From Lacunisphaera sp. (lineage in GTDB: Bacteria; Verrucomicrobiota; Verrucomicrobiia; Opitutales; Opitutaceae), in the NCBI GenBank assembly GCA_029945855.1, contig JAQSDJ010000324.1, positions 40,101 to 104,100 on the forward strand: a stretch of DNA of 64,000 bases. Direction: 5' to 3'. Shown piece by piece: positions 1 to 11,964 of the stretch; within the stretch, counting starts at the first letter, position 1; each line of letters opens with the position of its first letter. Under the pieces are notes generated by a model that did no database searches, was not told the DNA's origin, and saw only the letters and a program-made list of their open reading frames with translations. Made by a program: the position numbers and the translations under genes.

Positions 1-93
1 GCCGGTCACGAAACCGAACAGCACGAGTCCGGTAAAAGCCATCAGGAGTTTTTTCCCGATGGACGACTGGAAGAGCGAAGCGAGTAGATTCAT
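1..93 (-). CDS. sdhC: Succinate dehydrogenase cytochrome b subunit, N-terminus (runs off window edge)
   Basis: Minus-strand translation MNLLASLFQSSIGKKLLMAFTGLVLFGFVTG carries the SSIGKKxxMAxTG start typical of this SdhC family; only 31 codons visible. Confidence 0.7.
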   Translation of the reverse strand, partial: MNLLASLFQSSIGKKLLMAFTGLVLFGFVTG

Positions 94-414
94 CGCGTGG
101 ATTTCGGAAGGGAGGTGTCAGGCAGGCTGGAAAGCCAATGGACGGGTCATGTAAACCAACCCGGCCAATCATTGTAAAGGATGCGCGTCTACTGCACGCC
201 GAATCATTAGTGACGCTAAATCCCCCGAGAAGCCCTGCCCGGCCTAATAGTAAGTCCCGTGATTGCGGCTGCCAGCCACAGGATCGGACCATCGGCTGCC
301 CTTCGACCTTGCTCAGGGCCGTGAGTTCGTCGAACCGGGAAGCCGATGCCACCACCCGGGGCGCGGGCGCTGTCGAGCGGCGTCGCTGCCCTGTCCCACG
401 GGCTGCACCCGCCC

Positions 415-1683
415 TCAGCGGGCGAGCGGCTTGAGGAGCGAGAATTTGCCGCTGGCGGCGGGCTGGATGAATTTCCGCCGGAACAGGTTCACCCGCATGC
501 CCTCGCCCAGCGCCGCCGCGAGGGCGTGCTCCAGGCCCTTGGGCGCGGTCTCATCAGCCACATACTGGAAATCCCAGCGGTTGTCCGAGCCCTGCACGAG
601 GCTCCAGTGCCAGCAGGCGAAATTTTCCGGAAAAACCGCGTCAATCTCAAAGGCCGACACGACGCGTCCGTCCGCCGCAAAAAAAAGGTCCCGTTCACGA
701 CCGAGGATCCGGTAGCCTGTGGGCGTGCGGCGTACGATGTCGCCCGTGAAGTAGCGCAGCAGCGGCATCGCCTCGCGGTCGCGGGTCGTCACGTTGATTT
801 GAAAAACATCCGCCAACCCCGCCCGCCACGGCACGAGTTCGACGAAGGCGTTGCCGTCGATCGCTCGCAGATTGTCCTGAAAGGCGTCGCCCACGAAAAT
901 ATAGCCCGCCTCGGTCGAGCCATAGAGATCCACCTGGGCGGCGCCGGGGAAGGTTTCGGCGATCCGCGCGCTGTGCTGCCGGCTGGCCTTGCCGTAGGTG
1001 AGGATGACCGTGCGCACGGTCGGCACGCCGACCCGGCGTTTCTTGAGCGCCCGGGCCAGCAGCGAGAGATAGATGGGCTCGCCCTCGATGACCTCGGGCT
1101 TGAGCGCCTGCAGCTCCAGCGCGATGCGGTCCCACTCGGCCTCAGGGAAGGCGAAGGGATCGCTCGACAGGTTCAGGTAGACGGTGCCGTCAAAATAGCG
1201 GTTCGGGAACGGGTGGTCCTCGTAGGGGCAGAGATTGCTGGAGCAGCCGATGGGCGCGAGCACGGCCTTGCGGTAGGGCCGGTCGACATACTGCGCGAGC
1301 TGCGGGTGCGCGAGGTAGGCGCGACGCAGCTGGGCGTTCCACCAGCCGTCCTCCATCACCACCGTCATCGGCCGGGCCGTGGAGCCGGAGGTGTGCTCGT
1401 ATTCGTATTTTTTCTCGGCCAAGCCGCGCTCGATCTCCGCGTAATCCGCGAAAAAAGCGGTGTGCCCGCGATCGAGGATTTCCTGCTTGGTCAGCACCGG
1501 GATCTCCCGATAGCACGACCACTGCAGCGGATCGGCGTGCAGGGGAAAACGCTGCCCGTAAAGCGGGCTGCGCCGGTAGATGGCGCGAACCTCCTGTTCC
1601 AGCGGCGCCGGCACCCGGCCGTCCGCGCCCGCGCCGAGCGCGTCAGGCGAGTTGGCAAAGGTGGAGGCGGCGTGGGTTCCCAT
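415..1683 (-). CDS. Adenylate-forming enzyme, phenylacetate-CoA ligase / CoF-synthetase-like
   Basis: ANL motifs HTSGST (P-loop), LYGSTEAG, RYFTGD; ATG at 1683 preferred over 1722. Confidence 0.75.
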   Translation of the reverse strand: MGTHAASTFANSPDALGAGADGRVPAPLEQEVRAIYRRSPLYGQRFPLHADPLQWSCYREIPVLTKQEILDRGHTAFFADYAEIERGLAEKKYEYEHTSGSTARPMTVVMEDGWWNAQLRRAYLAHPQLAQYVDRPYRKAVLAPIGCSSNLCPYEDHPFPNRYFDGTVYLNLSSDPFAFPEAEWDRIALELQALKPEVIEGEPIYLSLLARALKKRRVGVPTVRTVILTYGKASRQHSARIAETFPGAAQVDLYGSTEAGYIFVGDAFQDNLRAIDGNAFVELVPWRAGLADVFQINVTTRDREAMPLLRYFTGDIVRRTPTGYRILGRERDLFFAADGRVVSAFEIDAVFPENFACWHWSLVQGSDNRWDFQYVADETAPKGLEHALAAALGEGMRVNLFRRKFIQPAASGKFSLLKPLAR

Positions 1684-1731
1684 GCGGTGCCGGGAGTGAA
1701 CTCCGGGGCGGGCCAATGTCAAACGGACGGG

Positions 1732-2313
1732 CTAGGGCGACTTGGCCTGCTTCAGCTCCGCCCACACGGGGGTAAACAGCAACAGGGCATCCAACACCAT
1801 CGCGTGGGTGATGCCGCCGCGGTAGGCCAGGGCGTAGACCTCGTCCACCGGCTTCGTCATGATCTCGAGCTCCTCGTCGGGATCCCAATCGAGCGGCGCC
1901 GACCGGCGCGCGTCCTCCACCAGCACCAGGTGGCAGCGGTTGTTCTGCATGGCGGGGTTCGGGTGCACGCGGCCAAGCAGCCGGGCCCGGGGGCCCACGT
2001 AGCCCGTCTCCTCCTGCAATTCGCGCAGGCCGGCCGTGACGGCGTCCTCGCCCGGGTCCATCACGCCGCCGGGGATCTCCAGGGAGAATTCATCCGTGCC
2101 GTAGCGGAACTGCCGGACGAGCACGAGGTGCCGCTCGGGCGTGAGGGCGAGCACGTTGACCCAATCGGGCGCGGAGATGACGAAGAAATCCTGATGCTGC
2201 TCCCGATGCGGATGGTGGTAGTCCACGCTCTGCACGTCGAAGATGCGCGTATGGGCCACGGTGCGCGTGCCGAGTTTTTTCCAGCGCTGCGGGACGGGGG
2301 GATGGTCGGGCAT
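1732..2313 (-). CDS. NUDIX hydrolase (ADP-ribose pyrophosphatase-like)
   Basis: Nudix box GGVMDPGEDAVTAGLRELQEETGY; VRQFRY motif. Confidence 0.9.
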   Translation of the reverse strand: MPDHPPVPQRWKKLGTRTVAHTRIFDVQSVDYHHPHREQHQDFFVISAPDWVNVLALTPERHLVLVRQFRYGTDEFSLEIPGGVMDPGEDAVTAGLRELQEETGYVGPRARLLGRVHPNPAMQNNRCHLVLVEDARRSAPLDWDPDEELEIMTKPVDEVYALAYRGGITHAMVLDALLLFTPVWAELKQAKSP

Positions 2314-2407
2314 GGGAAAGCTGCAGAGGGGGTTAACCACGGATCGCCGGGATTATCACGGATGAAATGCCGCTCCGTCCAATTCATCCCGGGCGGCCGG
2401 CGGCGCC

Positions 2408-2444
2408 AAACAAAAACGCCTCCGCGACTTTCGTCGGGGAGGCG
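2408..2444 (-). terminator. Intrinsic terminator after LysM gene
   Basis: CGCCTCC..CGAC/GTCG..GGAGGCG hairpin followed by TTTTTGTTT on the minus strand. Confidence 0.7.
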
Positions 2445-2466
2445 CGGGAATTGTTATCCGGAAGAA

Positions 2467-2994
2467 TTACTTCCGCGGGATGCGGATCTTCTGGCCGACC
2501 TTCAGCTTGGCGGGATCGAGGCCGGGATTCTCCGCCTCGATCGCATCGAGCTTCACGGCGAACTTGCGGGCGACCTTGGCGAGCGTGTCGCCGGAACCGA
2601 TCGTGTAGGTGCCGTCGGCGTTGAGCACGCCGGTCGGGGCGGCGGCGCCACCCTTGGCGGCGGGGGCCGCGGCGCGGGCCTTCTGGGCTTCCTCGATCTT
2701 GGCGATCTTGGCGTTGATCGTGCCGATCTCGGCGCCGACCTGGTCAAAGGTGGTCTGGATGCCCGAACGCAGGGACTTCACGTCCGCGTCGGCCTTCGTG
2801 GCGGTCGCCCGCACATCGCTTTCGAGCGTGGCGATCTTGGCGATCTCCGCATCGTGAGCAGCCACGGCCTTTTGGAGCGTGGAAAGTTTGAAGAGGGCCG
2901 TGATCGAGAGGACCAGGGCGAGACCGCCGGCGATCACGCCAACGAGAGGCAAGATGCTGCCGGAACCATTGCTGTCGCGAGAAAGAGTATCCAT
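2467..2994 (-). CDS. Membrane-anchored coiled-coil protein with C-terminal LysM domain
   Basis: N-terminal hydrophobic helix ILPLVGVIAGGLALVLSITALF, helical stalk, LysM YTIGSGDTLAKVARKF...LKVGQKIRIP. Confidence 0.88.
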   Translation of the reverse strand: MDTLSRDSNGSGSILPLVGVIAGGLALVLSITALFKLSTLQKAVAAHDAEIAKIATLESDVRATATKADADVKSLRSGIQTTFDQVGAEIGTINAKIAKIEEAQKARAAAPAAKGGAAAPTGVLNADGTYTIGSGDTLAKVARKFAVKLDAIEAENPGLDPAKLKVGQKIRIPRK

Positions 2995-3294
2995 TTGTGT
3001 TAAGAGATTGAGGGGACGTGTATAGTGCCGGGTGGTTTGGTGAGGCAAGAAGCAATTATTAACACTTTGCCGGTCGCGGGGATGGAAGACCCTCACCGCC
3101 AGTTGGAAACAACGAGGGGTTCAGAGCTTTAGCCCGGTGACCGGCAGAAACACCGAGCCTGCCTTGCCTGGGAGTCTGAAAGGCATCGTGCCGCCTTTTC
3201 GCGATCATTCGCCCCCACCCGTTTTCCCTGCTGCAATGCCCCCACCAAGATATTTCGATAAATTTCTCCGGCCCTGAGTGTTCCGACGCGGACG

Positions 3295-3323
3295 TTGACA
3301 GAACCCGAAGCCTCGCATCCCAT
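3295..3323 (+). promoter_or_regulatory. Putative sigma70 promoter of tRNA-Pro
   Basis: TTGACA-N17-TCCCAT just upstream of the tRNA; -10 is non-canonical. Confidence 0.5.
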
Positions 3324-3335
3324 CGCTCTTCGTCT

Positions 3336-3412
3336 CGGGGTGTAGCTTAGCCTGGTAGAGCGCCTGGTTTGGGACCAGGAGGTCGCAGGTTCGAATCCTG
3401 TCGCCCCGACCA
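3336..3412 (+). tRNA. tRNA-Pro (UGG)
   Basis: CGGGGTGTAGCTTAGCCTGGTAGAGC..CCTGG-TTTGGGA-CCAGG..GGTTCGAATCC..CCCCGACCA; cloverleaf with anticodon TGG and encoded CCA. Confidence 0.98.
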
Positions 3413-3538
3413 TTTGCCGCCCGGGCTTGGGTGGACCAACGGCATTAAGGCAGGTGATTGTTTGGCCGGAGCCGGAAAAATGTATCGGCATCGCGCCCTT
3501 TTTTCTTCAATGATCCCGGTAGCGACGGGCCCATCTCC

Positions 3539-4195
3539 ATGAGAACTATCCGGCTTGGTCTGTTGCTTCTTTCGCTGCTCGCGTCGGGCGGCGCGTTGAC
3601 CGCTCAATTGGTGGTCTATTCGTTTGGATCGTCTGCCGCGCCCACTTCGGTTGCGTCAGATCTGTCTGCCAGTGTTTTTTCAGGCAGCCTTGGTGCTCCC
3701 ACCACCGGGTCGGGCAACCCGACATATTCTGCGGGAAGTGGCAGCGGCTATTTCACCGCGACGACCTGGACCGGCGTGGCGCCGGGGACCAATTACTTTG
3801 AATTCACCCTGACTCCGGGTTCCGGCTATGGACTTTCACTGGCCTCCATTTCCTTTGGCTACCGTGCCTCCGGGACGGGCCCCACGGCGTTCGCCGTCCG
3901 TTCCAGTGCCGATGTATTCAGTTCCACCCTCGTCTCCGGCACGATCACGAACGACAGCGTCTGGCATTCCACCGGCCCCCTTTCCATCACGTTGTCCAGC
4001 CAGGCCGCGCCCACCACCCTGCGGATCTATGCTTCCGGGACCTCAAACAATCTGGGCACCCTGCGGGTGGACGATGTCACCCTGAGCGGTTCCGTCACCG
4101 CCATCCCCGAAGCTTCGACCTATGCGGCGATCCTCGGCCTGATCGTGTTAGCCGGTGTGCTGCTGCACCGTCGAAGAATGCGGCCGGCCGGCTGA
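3539..4195 (+). CDS. PEP-CTERM sorting-domain surface protein
   Basis: Signal peptide, Ser/Thr/Gly-rich body, C-terminal IPEASTYAAILGLIVLAGVLLHRRR (PEP motif, TM helix, basic tail). Confidence 0.9.
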   Translation: MRTIRLGLLLLSLLASGGALTAQLVVYSFGSSAAPTSVASDLSASVFSGSLGAPTTGSGNPTYSAGSGSGYFTATTWTGVAPGTNYFEFTLTPGSGYGLSLASISFGYRASGTGPTAFAVRSSADVFSSTLVSGTITNDSVWHSTGPLSITLSSQAAPTTLRIYASGTSNNLGTLRVDDVTLSGSVTAIPEASTYAAILGLIVLAGVLLHRRRMRPAG

Positions 4196-4212
4196 GCGGT
4201 TTATTTCAGGCC

Positions 4213-4249
4213 AAAAGAAAGCCCGCCGGATTGGCGGGCTTTTCCTTTT
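4213..4249. terminator. Bidirectional intrinsic terminator
   Basis: AAAAGAAAGCCCGCC-GGATT-GGCGGGCTTTTCCTTTT between convergent genes. Confidence 0.85.
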
Positions 4250-4264
4250 GAAAGGATACTCCGG

Positions 4265-5023
4265 TTACTTGCCCGGAGGCTTCTCCGGCGTGGCGGGCTT
4301 GAAGCTGATGCCGAGGGACGGAGTGTCGGTGGTCGTGCCGACCACGGGCTTGGCGGCGGCATCGGCGGGCAGACTGGCCACGAGGAGGCTCGCGCGCTGG
4401 GCCCACGGGCCGGTGGCCTCGATGACACTGACCTGGGCGGTGAGCTTTTTGACTTCATCGGCCTGGCCCGCCGCGGCAGCGAGGGAGGCGAGATGATAGG
4501 TGGCCTCGGCGCGCGCGGAGGCGAACACCGCGGGATCCGCACTCAGCGCCTTGAGGGCGGCTTCGCCGCCCGCCAGGTCGCCGCCCTGGAGCAGGCTGAC
4601 TGCCGCGCCAAGCTTGGCGCGGCCGAGCAGCGCGTCGTTCTGCAGGCTGCCCGCGGCCTTCTGGTAGGTGGTGGCGGCCGACTTGTAGTCGGCGACGGAA
4701 TATTTTTCATCCGCCACCCGCAGGTAGGCGACGCCGGCCAGTGCGTGGCCCGAGTGTTCGTCGGCAAACTTGGCGAGCCGGTCGGCGCTGTCGCCGGTCT
4801 TGGCGTATTCGGCCTGCAGATCCTTCTCGCGGGCGTGGGCGAAATACTGCCAGCCCTCGCGTCCGGCGATCACCAGGAGCGCGGCGGCGCAGAGCAGGAG
4901 AACGAAATTGCGGTTGCGCGCCCAGAATTCCTGGACGGCGACTTCAAAACCGGGCTCGACGACGGCAGGCTCGACGGGCTTCTCACCGTGGGGGCCCAGA
5001 TGGGTGGGTAAAGGTTGGCTCAT
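4265..5023 (-). CDS. Membrane-anchored TPR-like protein (YfgM-like)
   Basis: FWARNRNFVLLLCAAALLVIAG TM segment followed by Ala-rich helical repeats; ATG at 5023. Confidence 0.65.
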   Translation of the reverse strand: MSQPLPTHLGPHGEKPVEPAVVEPGFEVAVQEFWARNRNFVLLLCAAALLVIAGREGWQYFAHAREKDLQAEYAKTGDSADRLAKFADEHSGHALAGVAYLRVADEKYSVADYKSAATTYQKAAGSLQNDALLGRAKLGAAVSLLQGGDLAGGEAALKALSADPAVFASARAEATYHLASLAAAAGQADEVKKLTAQVSVIEATGPWAQRASLLVASLPADAAAKPVVGTTTDTPSLGISFKPATPEKPPGK

Positions 5024-5183
5024 GAACCGCGCAGATTGGGAGCCCCGCCGCTGCGCCTCAAGGCAAAAGGTAGGGCTAGTCGTCCCTGACGAGCCGCGGC
5101 TCACCCGGAGGGTTCGCCCTACCGCGGCTGCGGCATCCCGCCGCAGAGTCAGCCAAGCCCACCGGCTGGAAGGCCGCGCCCCC

Positions 5184-6038
5184 TCAGTCAAACACCACCG
5201 TCTTGTTGCCGTAGACGAGGATGCGGTTCTCGAGGTGCCAGCGCACGGCCTGCGCCAGCACCGACTTCTCGAGATCGCGGCCCTTGCGGACAAGATCGTC
5301 CACGCCGTGCCGGTGCGTCACGCGCACGACGTCCTGCTGGATGATGGGGCCGTCGTCGAGGACCGCCGTGGCGTAGTGCGCGGTGGCGCCGATGAGCTTC
5401 ACGCCGCGCTCGTGGGCCTGATGGTAGGGCTTGCCGCCGGCAAAGGCGGGCAAAAACGAGTGGTGGATATTGATGACGGGCACGCCGCATTGATCCAGGA
5501 ACTCCGCCGAGAGCACCTGCATGTAGCGGGCGAGCACGATGAACTCCACGCCGGCGGCGCGGAGGATTTCCCGCTGCCGGGCCTCGGCCGCGGGCTTCGT
5601 CGCCGCCGTGACCGGCACGTGGTGGAACGCCAGTCCGTAGTGCCGCGCCGTGTCCGCGAGATCGGGGTGGTTGGAGATCACGCAGGCGAAGTCGCCGGCG
5701 AACTCCCCCGCCGACCAGCGCAGGGCGAGATCGTGGAAACAATGGTCCTCGCGCGAGACGAAGATCGCGCCCTTCGAGCGGTGGCCCGAATGCGCCACGC
5801 GCGCCGCCATGCCGAGCGACGCCGCGAAGGCCTTGAGTTCGGCGACCTCCGCCGGCGCGTCCCCGCTGGCCGGGACCCACTCGATGCGCTGGAAAAACTC
5901 GCCCGCCTCCATGTCGCGGTGCTGGTCGGCGTGGAGGATGTTGCCCTGCCGGGCGTAGATCCACCCGGCCGTCTTGGCGACGAGCCCCGGCTGGTCCGGG
6001 CCGTGCAGCAAGGCGACGAGGGTGGCGGGCGTCTTCAT
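5184..6038 (-). CDS. purU: Formyltetrahydrofolate deformylase
   Basis: N-terminal ACT (GPDQPGLVA), VLARYMQVLS, INIHHSFLPAFAGGKPYHQA, GATAHY, LDDGPII. Confidence 0.96.
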   Translation of the reverse strand: MKTPATLVALLHGPDQPGLVAKTAGWIYARQGNILHADQHRDMEAGEFFQRIEWVPASGDAPAEVAELKAFAASLGMAARVAHSGHRSKGAIFVSREDHCFHDLALRWSAGEFAGDFACVISNHPDLADTARHYGLAFHHVPVTAATKPAAEARQREILRAAGVEFIVLARYMQVLSAEFLDQCGVPVINIHHSFLPAFAGGKPYHQAHERGVKLIGATAHYATAVLDDGPIIQQDVVRVTHRHGVDDLVRKGRDLEKSVLAQAVRWHLENRILVYGNKTVVFD

Positions 6039-6048
6039 GGGCGGGCCG

Positions 6049-9285
<3,237 letters not shown>

Positions 9286-9428
9286 GAGCGTAGATTTCGG
9301 CGAGGCTTGCGGTGCCCCCATGGCGGGGCAAGCGGGAAAGCAGATTATGGCGTGCGGCCCCGCGGCCCCGAGGCGAACATCTCGCGACTTGAGCTTCCGA
9401 CGCCGCCGGACAACGATTTACGCACCCC

Positions 9429-10538
9429 ATGCCCCTCCCCCTCGCCTTTGACCTGCAGGCCTTTGAACGTCCCCGCATCGTGCACATCGCCGAGGCGGCC
9501 CTCACCAGCGAGCCGCGCAGCATCACCACGGCCCGCAATCCCCGGAGCGCCGGGGGCCCGAATGATTTTTCATCGGAAGGCGACTACTGGTGGCCCGATC
9601 CGGCCAATCCGGCCGCGCCTTACATCCAGCGCGACGGGCTCACCAATCCGGACAATTTTGTCGCCCACCGGCAGCTGCTGCTGGGGTTTGTGCGTGATTT
9701 CGGAGCCCTGGCGGCGGCCTGGCGCGTAAGCGGCGACGAACGCTTCGCCGCCGCGGCGGTGCGGCATGCGCACAAGTGGTTCGTCGATCCCGCCACGCGC
9801 ATGAACCCCCACCTGCTCTACGCGCAGGCCATCAAGGGCCGCAGCACCGGCCGGAGCATCGGGGTGATCGACACCCTGCACCTCGCCGAGGTCGCCCTCG
9901 GGATCGAGGCGTTGCGCGGCTCGAAGTCCCTCGCGCCGGCCGAGGACGCCGCGCTGACCGGCTGGTTCCGCGACTACCTGCAGTGGCTGACGACGCATCC
10001 CTACGGCATCGACGAGAGCAAGGCCGAGAACAACCACGGCACGTGCTGGACGCTGCAGGCCGCGTGCTTCGCCCGCCTCACCGGCAACGCGGCCGTGCTC
10101 GCGGATTGCCGGCGGCGGCTGCAGGAGGTCCACCTCCCCAACCAGATGGCGCCCGACGGCGGCTTTCCGCGCGAACTGGCGCGCACCAAGCCCTACGGCT
10201 ACTCGATCTTCAACCTCGACGTGATGACCGGCCTCGCGGTCGTGCTCTCGACGCCGGAAGAGAACCTCATGACGTGGTCGCTGCCCGACGGGCGCAGCCT
10301 CGTGCGCGGGGTGGAGTTCCTCGCGCCGTTCCTCGCGGACAAGGCGAAGTGGCCGAAAAAGCCCGACGTGATGTATTGGGCCGACTGGCCGGTGCGGCAG
10401 CCGGCGCTGCTCTTCGGGGCGCGCGCGACCGGGCGGCGCGACTGGCTGGAGTTGTGGCAGCGGCTGGAGCCCGATCCGCAGGTGGAGGAGATCCGGCGCA
10501 ATTTCCCGATCCGCAACCCGGTGCTGTGGGTGCGGTGA
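9429..10538 (+). CDS. Alginate lyase family (PL5-like) protein
   Basis: GVIDTLHL, ENNHGTCW, ELARTKPYGYSIFNL motifs typical of the Alginate_lyase family; no obvious signal peptide. Confidence 0.8.
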   Translation: MPLPLAFDLQAFERPRIVHIAEAALTSEPRSITTARNPRSAGGPNDFSSEGDYWWPDPANPAAPYIQRDGLTNPDNFVAHRQLLLGFVRDFGALAAAWRVSGDERFAAAAVRHAHKWFVDPATRMNPHLLYAQAIKGRSTGRSIGVIDTLHLAEVALGIEALRGSKSLAPAEDAALTGWFRDYLQWLTTHPYGIDESKAENNHGTCWTLQAACFARLTGNAAVLADCRRRLQEVHLPNQMAPDGGFPRELARTKPYGYSIFNLDVMTGLAVVLSTPEENLMTWSLPDGRSLVRGVEFLAPFLADKAKWPKKPDVMYWADWPVRQPALLFGARATGRRDWLELWQRLEPDPQVEEIRRNFPIRNPVLWVR

Positions 10539-10543
10539 GCCGG

Positions 10544-10574
10544 GCTCCCACGGCGAGGTGGCACTCCGTGGCTC
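10544..10574. repeat. Degenerate REP-like palindrome (GGAGCCACGGCGACC family)
   Basis: CCACGG...CCGTGG inverted repeat; reverse complement resembles the units at 25369-25428. Confidence 0.45.
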
Positions 10575-10641
10575 TGGAACTTGGAGCGCGGGCGACTTCT
10601 CCCACGACAACCAGCGCGTTGAGGGTAACTTGCCCCACCCC

Positions 10642-11898
10642 TCAAACCAGCCGGCTGATGTCGATCTTGAGGGCGGTGGCGGCGCGGCGCTTGTCGCCTT
10701 GGCAGGCGTTCAGCACGCGGGCGATATATTGCTTCTCCTGTCCGGCGAGGTAATCGGCCAGGGCCGGCCAGTCGTTGAGCTCGTGGATGCGCAGGGGCAG
10801 CTGTTCCGAGGTGATGACGCGGGTCTCGGTGGTGGTGACGACCTGTGAGACCACTTGGGTGAACTCGGCGAGGTTGCCCGGCCAGCGGTAGGCGCAAAGG
10901 GTCGCGAGGGCGTCATCGGTGAACTCAACCTGCTTGGCGTCAAACTGCGGGTTCGCGGTCCGGCCGGCGACGTCCTTGAGGAGGGCCGGGATGTCCTCGA
11001 GCCGCTCGCGCAGGGAGGGCAGCTGCACCGGCAGGGAGGCGACGCGATAAAACAACTCCTCGTTGAAATGGCCGTTCTCGGACAGTTTCTCGAGATCCTC
11101 CTCGGTAGCGCAAACGAGGCGGAAATTGTGGGCGTGGTTGCGGAGGACGGAAACCAGCTCAGCCTGCGCCTCCTTCTGCAGGCTCTGGAGGTGGAGCAGG
11201 AACAGGGTGCCGCCCTTGGCCGCCTGGACCCAGGTCCCGCCCGAGCCGTTCTGCCCGAGCAGGCCGGTGCGCAGACTTTCCATCGAGCTCAGGCGGCAGT
11301 CGATCGGCACCAACGGGCTGCCGGCGGGCGTGCCGGCGGCGTGGAGCAGCTCCGCCGCGATCTCGTGGCCGCTGCCCAACTCGCCGGAGATCAGGATCGG
11401 GGTGTGGGCGTGGGCGAGCTTCTTGAGCTGGGCGATGAGCCGCTTGACCTTCGGGCTGACGCCCACGAAGCGCGCCTCGAAGTCGCCGGCCTTGGCCGAG
11501 GGAGAGGCGCCCGTGGCCTCGCGCTCGGCGACCGTGCGCTTGAACTCCATGCCGCGCTTCAGCGCCTGCATCAGCTCGTCCACCTTGAAAGGCTTCTGCA
11601 GGTAGTCGAAGGCGCCGAACTTCAGGGCCGAGATCGCGCTCTCGGTGCTGGCGTAGGCGGTCATGATGATGATGACGGCCGCCGGATCGTAGAGCTTGAG
11701 CTGCTTGAGCAGCGTGATGCCGTCCATCGGCTTCATGTCGATGTCGGCCAGCACGAGGTCGAACTTGTCCGCCTTGTAGCGGACGAGGGCCTTCTCCCCG
11801 TCGGTGGCGAACGCGGTCTTGTAACCGGTCGGCTGGATGACGGCCTCGAGCATCTCGTGGATGGAGACCAGATCGTCGACGATGAGGATGGAAGGCAT
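10642..11898 (-). CDS. NtrC/PilR-like response regulator with degenerate AAA+ domain
   Basis: Receiver (ILIVDD, LADIDMKP, YLQKP), AAA+-like core (LPSLRERLEDI, WPGN), short Fis-type HTH; catalytic motifs altered. Confidence 0.88.
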   Translation of the reverse strand: MPSILIVDDLVSIHEMLEAVIQPTGYKTAFATDGEKALVRYKADKFDLVLADIDMKPMDGITLLKQLKLYDPAAVIIIMTAYASTESAISALKFGAFDYLQKPFKVDELMQALKRGMEFKRTVAEREATGASPSAKAGDFEARFVGVSPKVKRLIAQLKKLAHAHTPILISGELGSGHEIAAELLHAAGTPAGSPLVPIDCRLSSMESLRTGLLGQNGSGGTWVQAAKGGTLFLLHLQSLQKEAQAELVSVLRNHAHNFRLVCATEEDLEKLSENGHFNEELFYRVASLPVQLPSLRERLEDIPALLKDVAGRTANPQFDAKQVEFTDDALATLCAYRWPGNLAEFTQVVSQVVTTTETRVITSEQLPLRIHELNDWPALADYLAGQEKQYIARVLNACQGDKRRAATALKIDISRLV

Positions 11899-11964
11899 GA
11901 AAAGGGGACGGTGAGCTTGCGCCCGCCGGAGCGGGCACGCAAGTGGCTTTAAGCAACCCGGGGG

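Noticed and set aside
3129-3607. Small ORFs around 3129-3607 and 13149-13498
   Set aside because: They overlap tRNA-Pro and tRNA-Gly and translate tRNA sequence.
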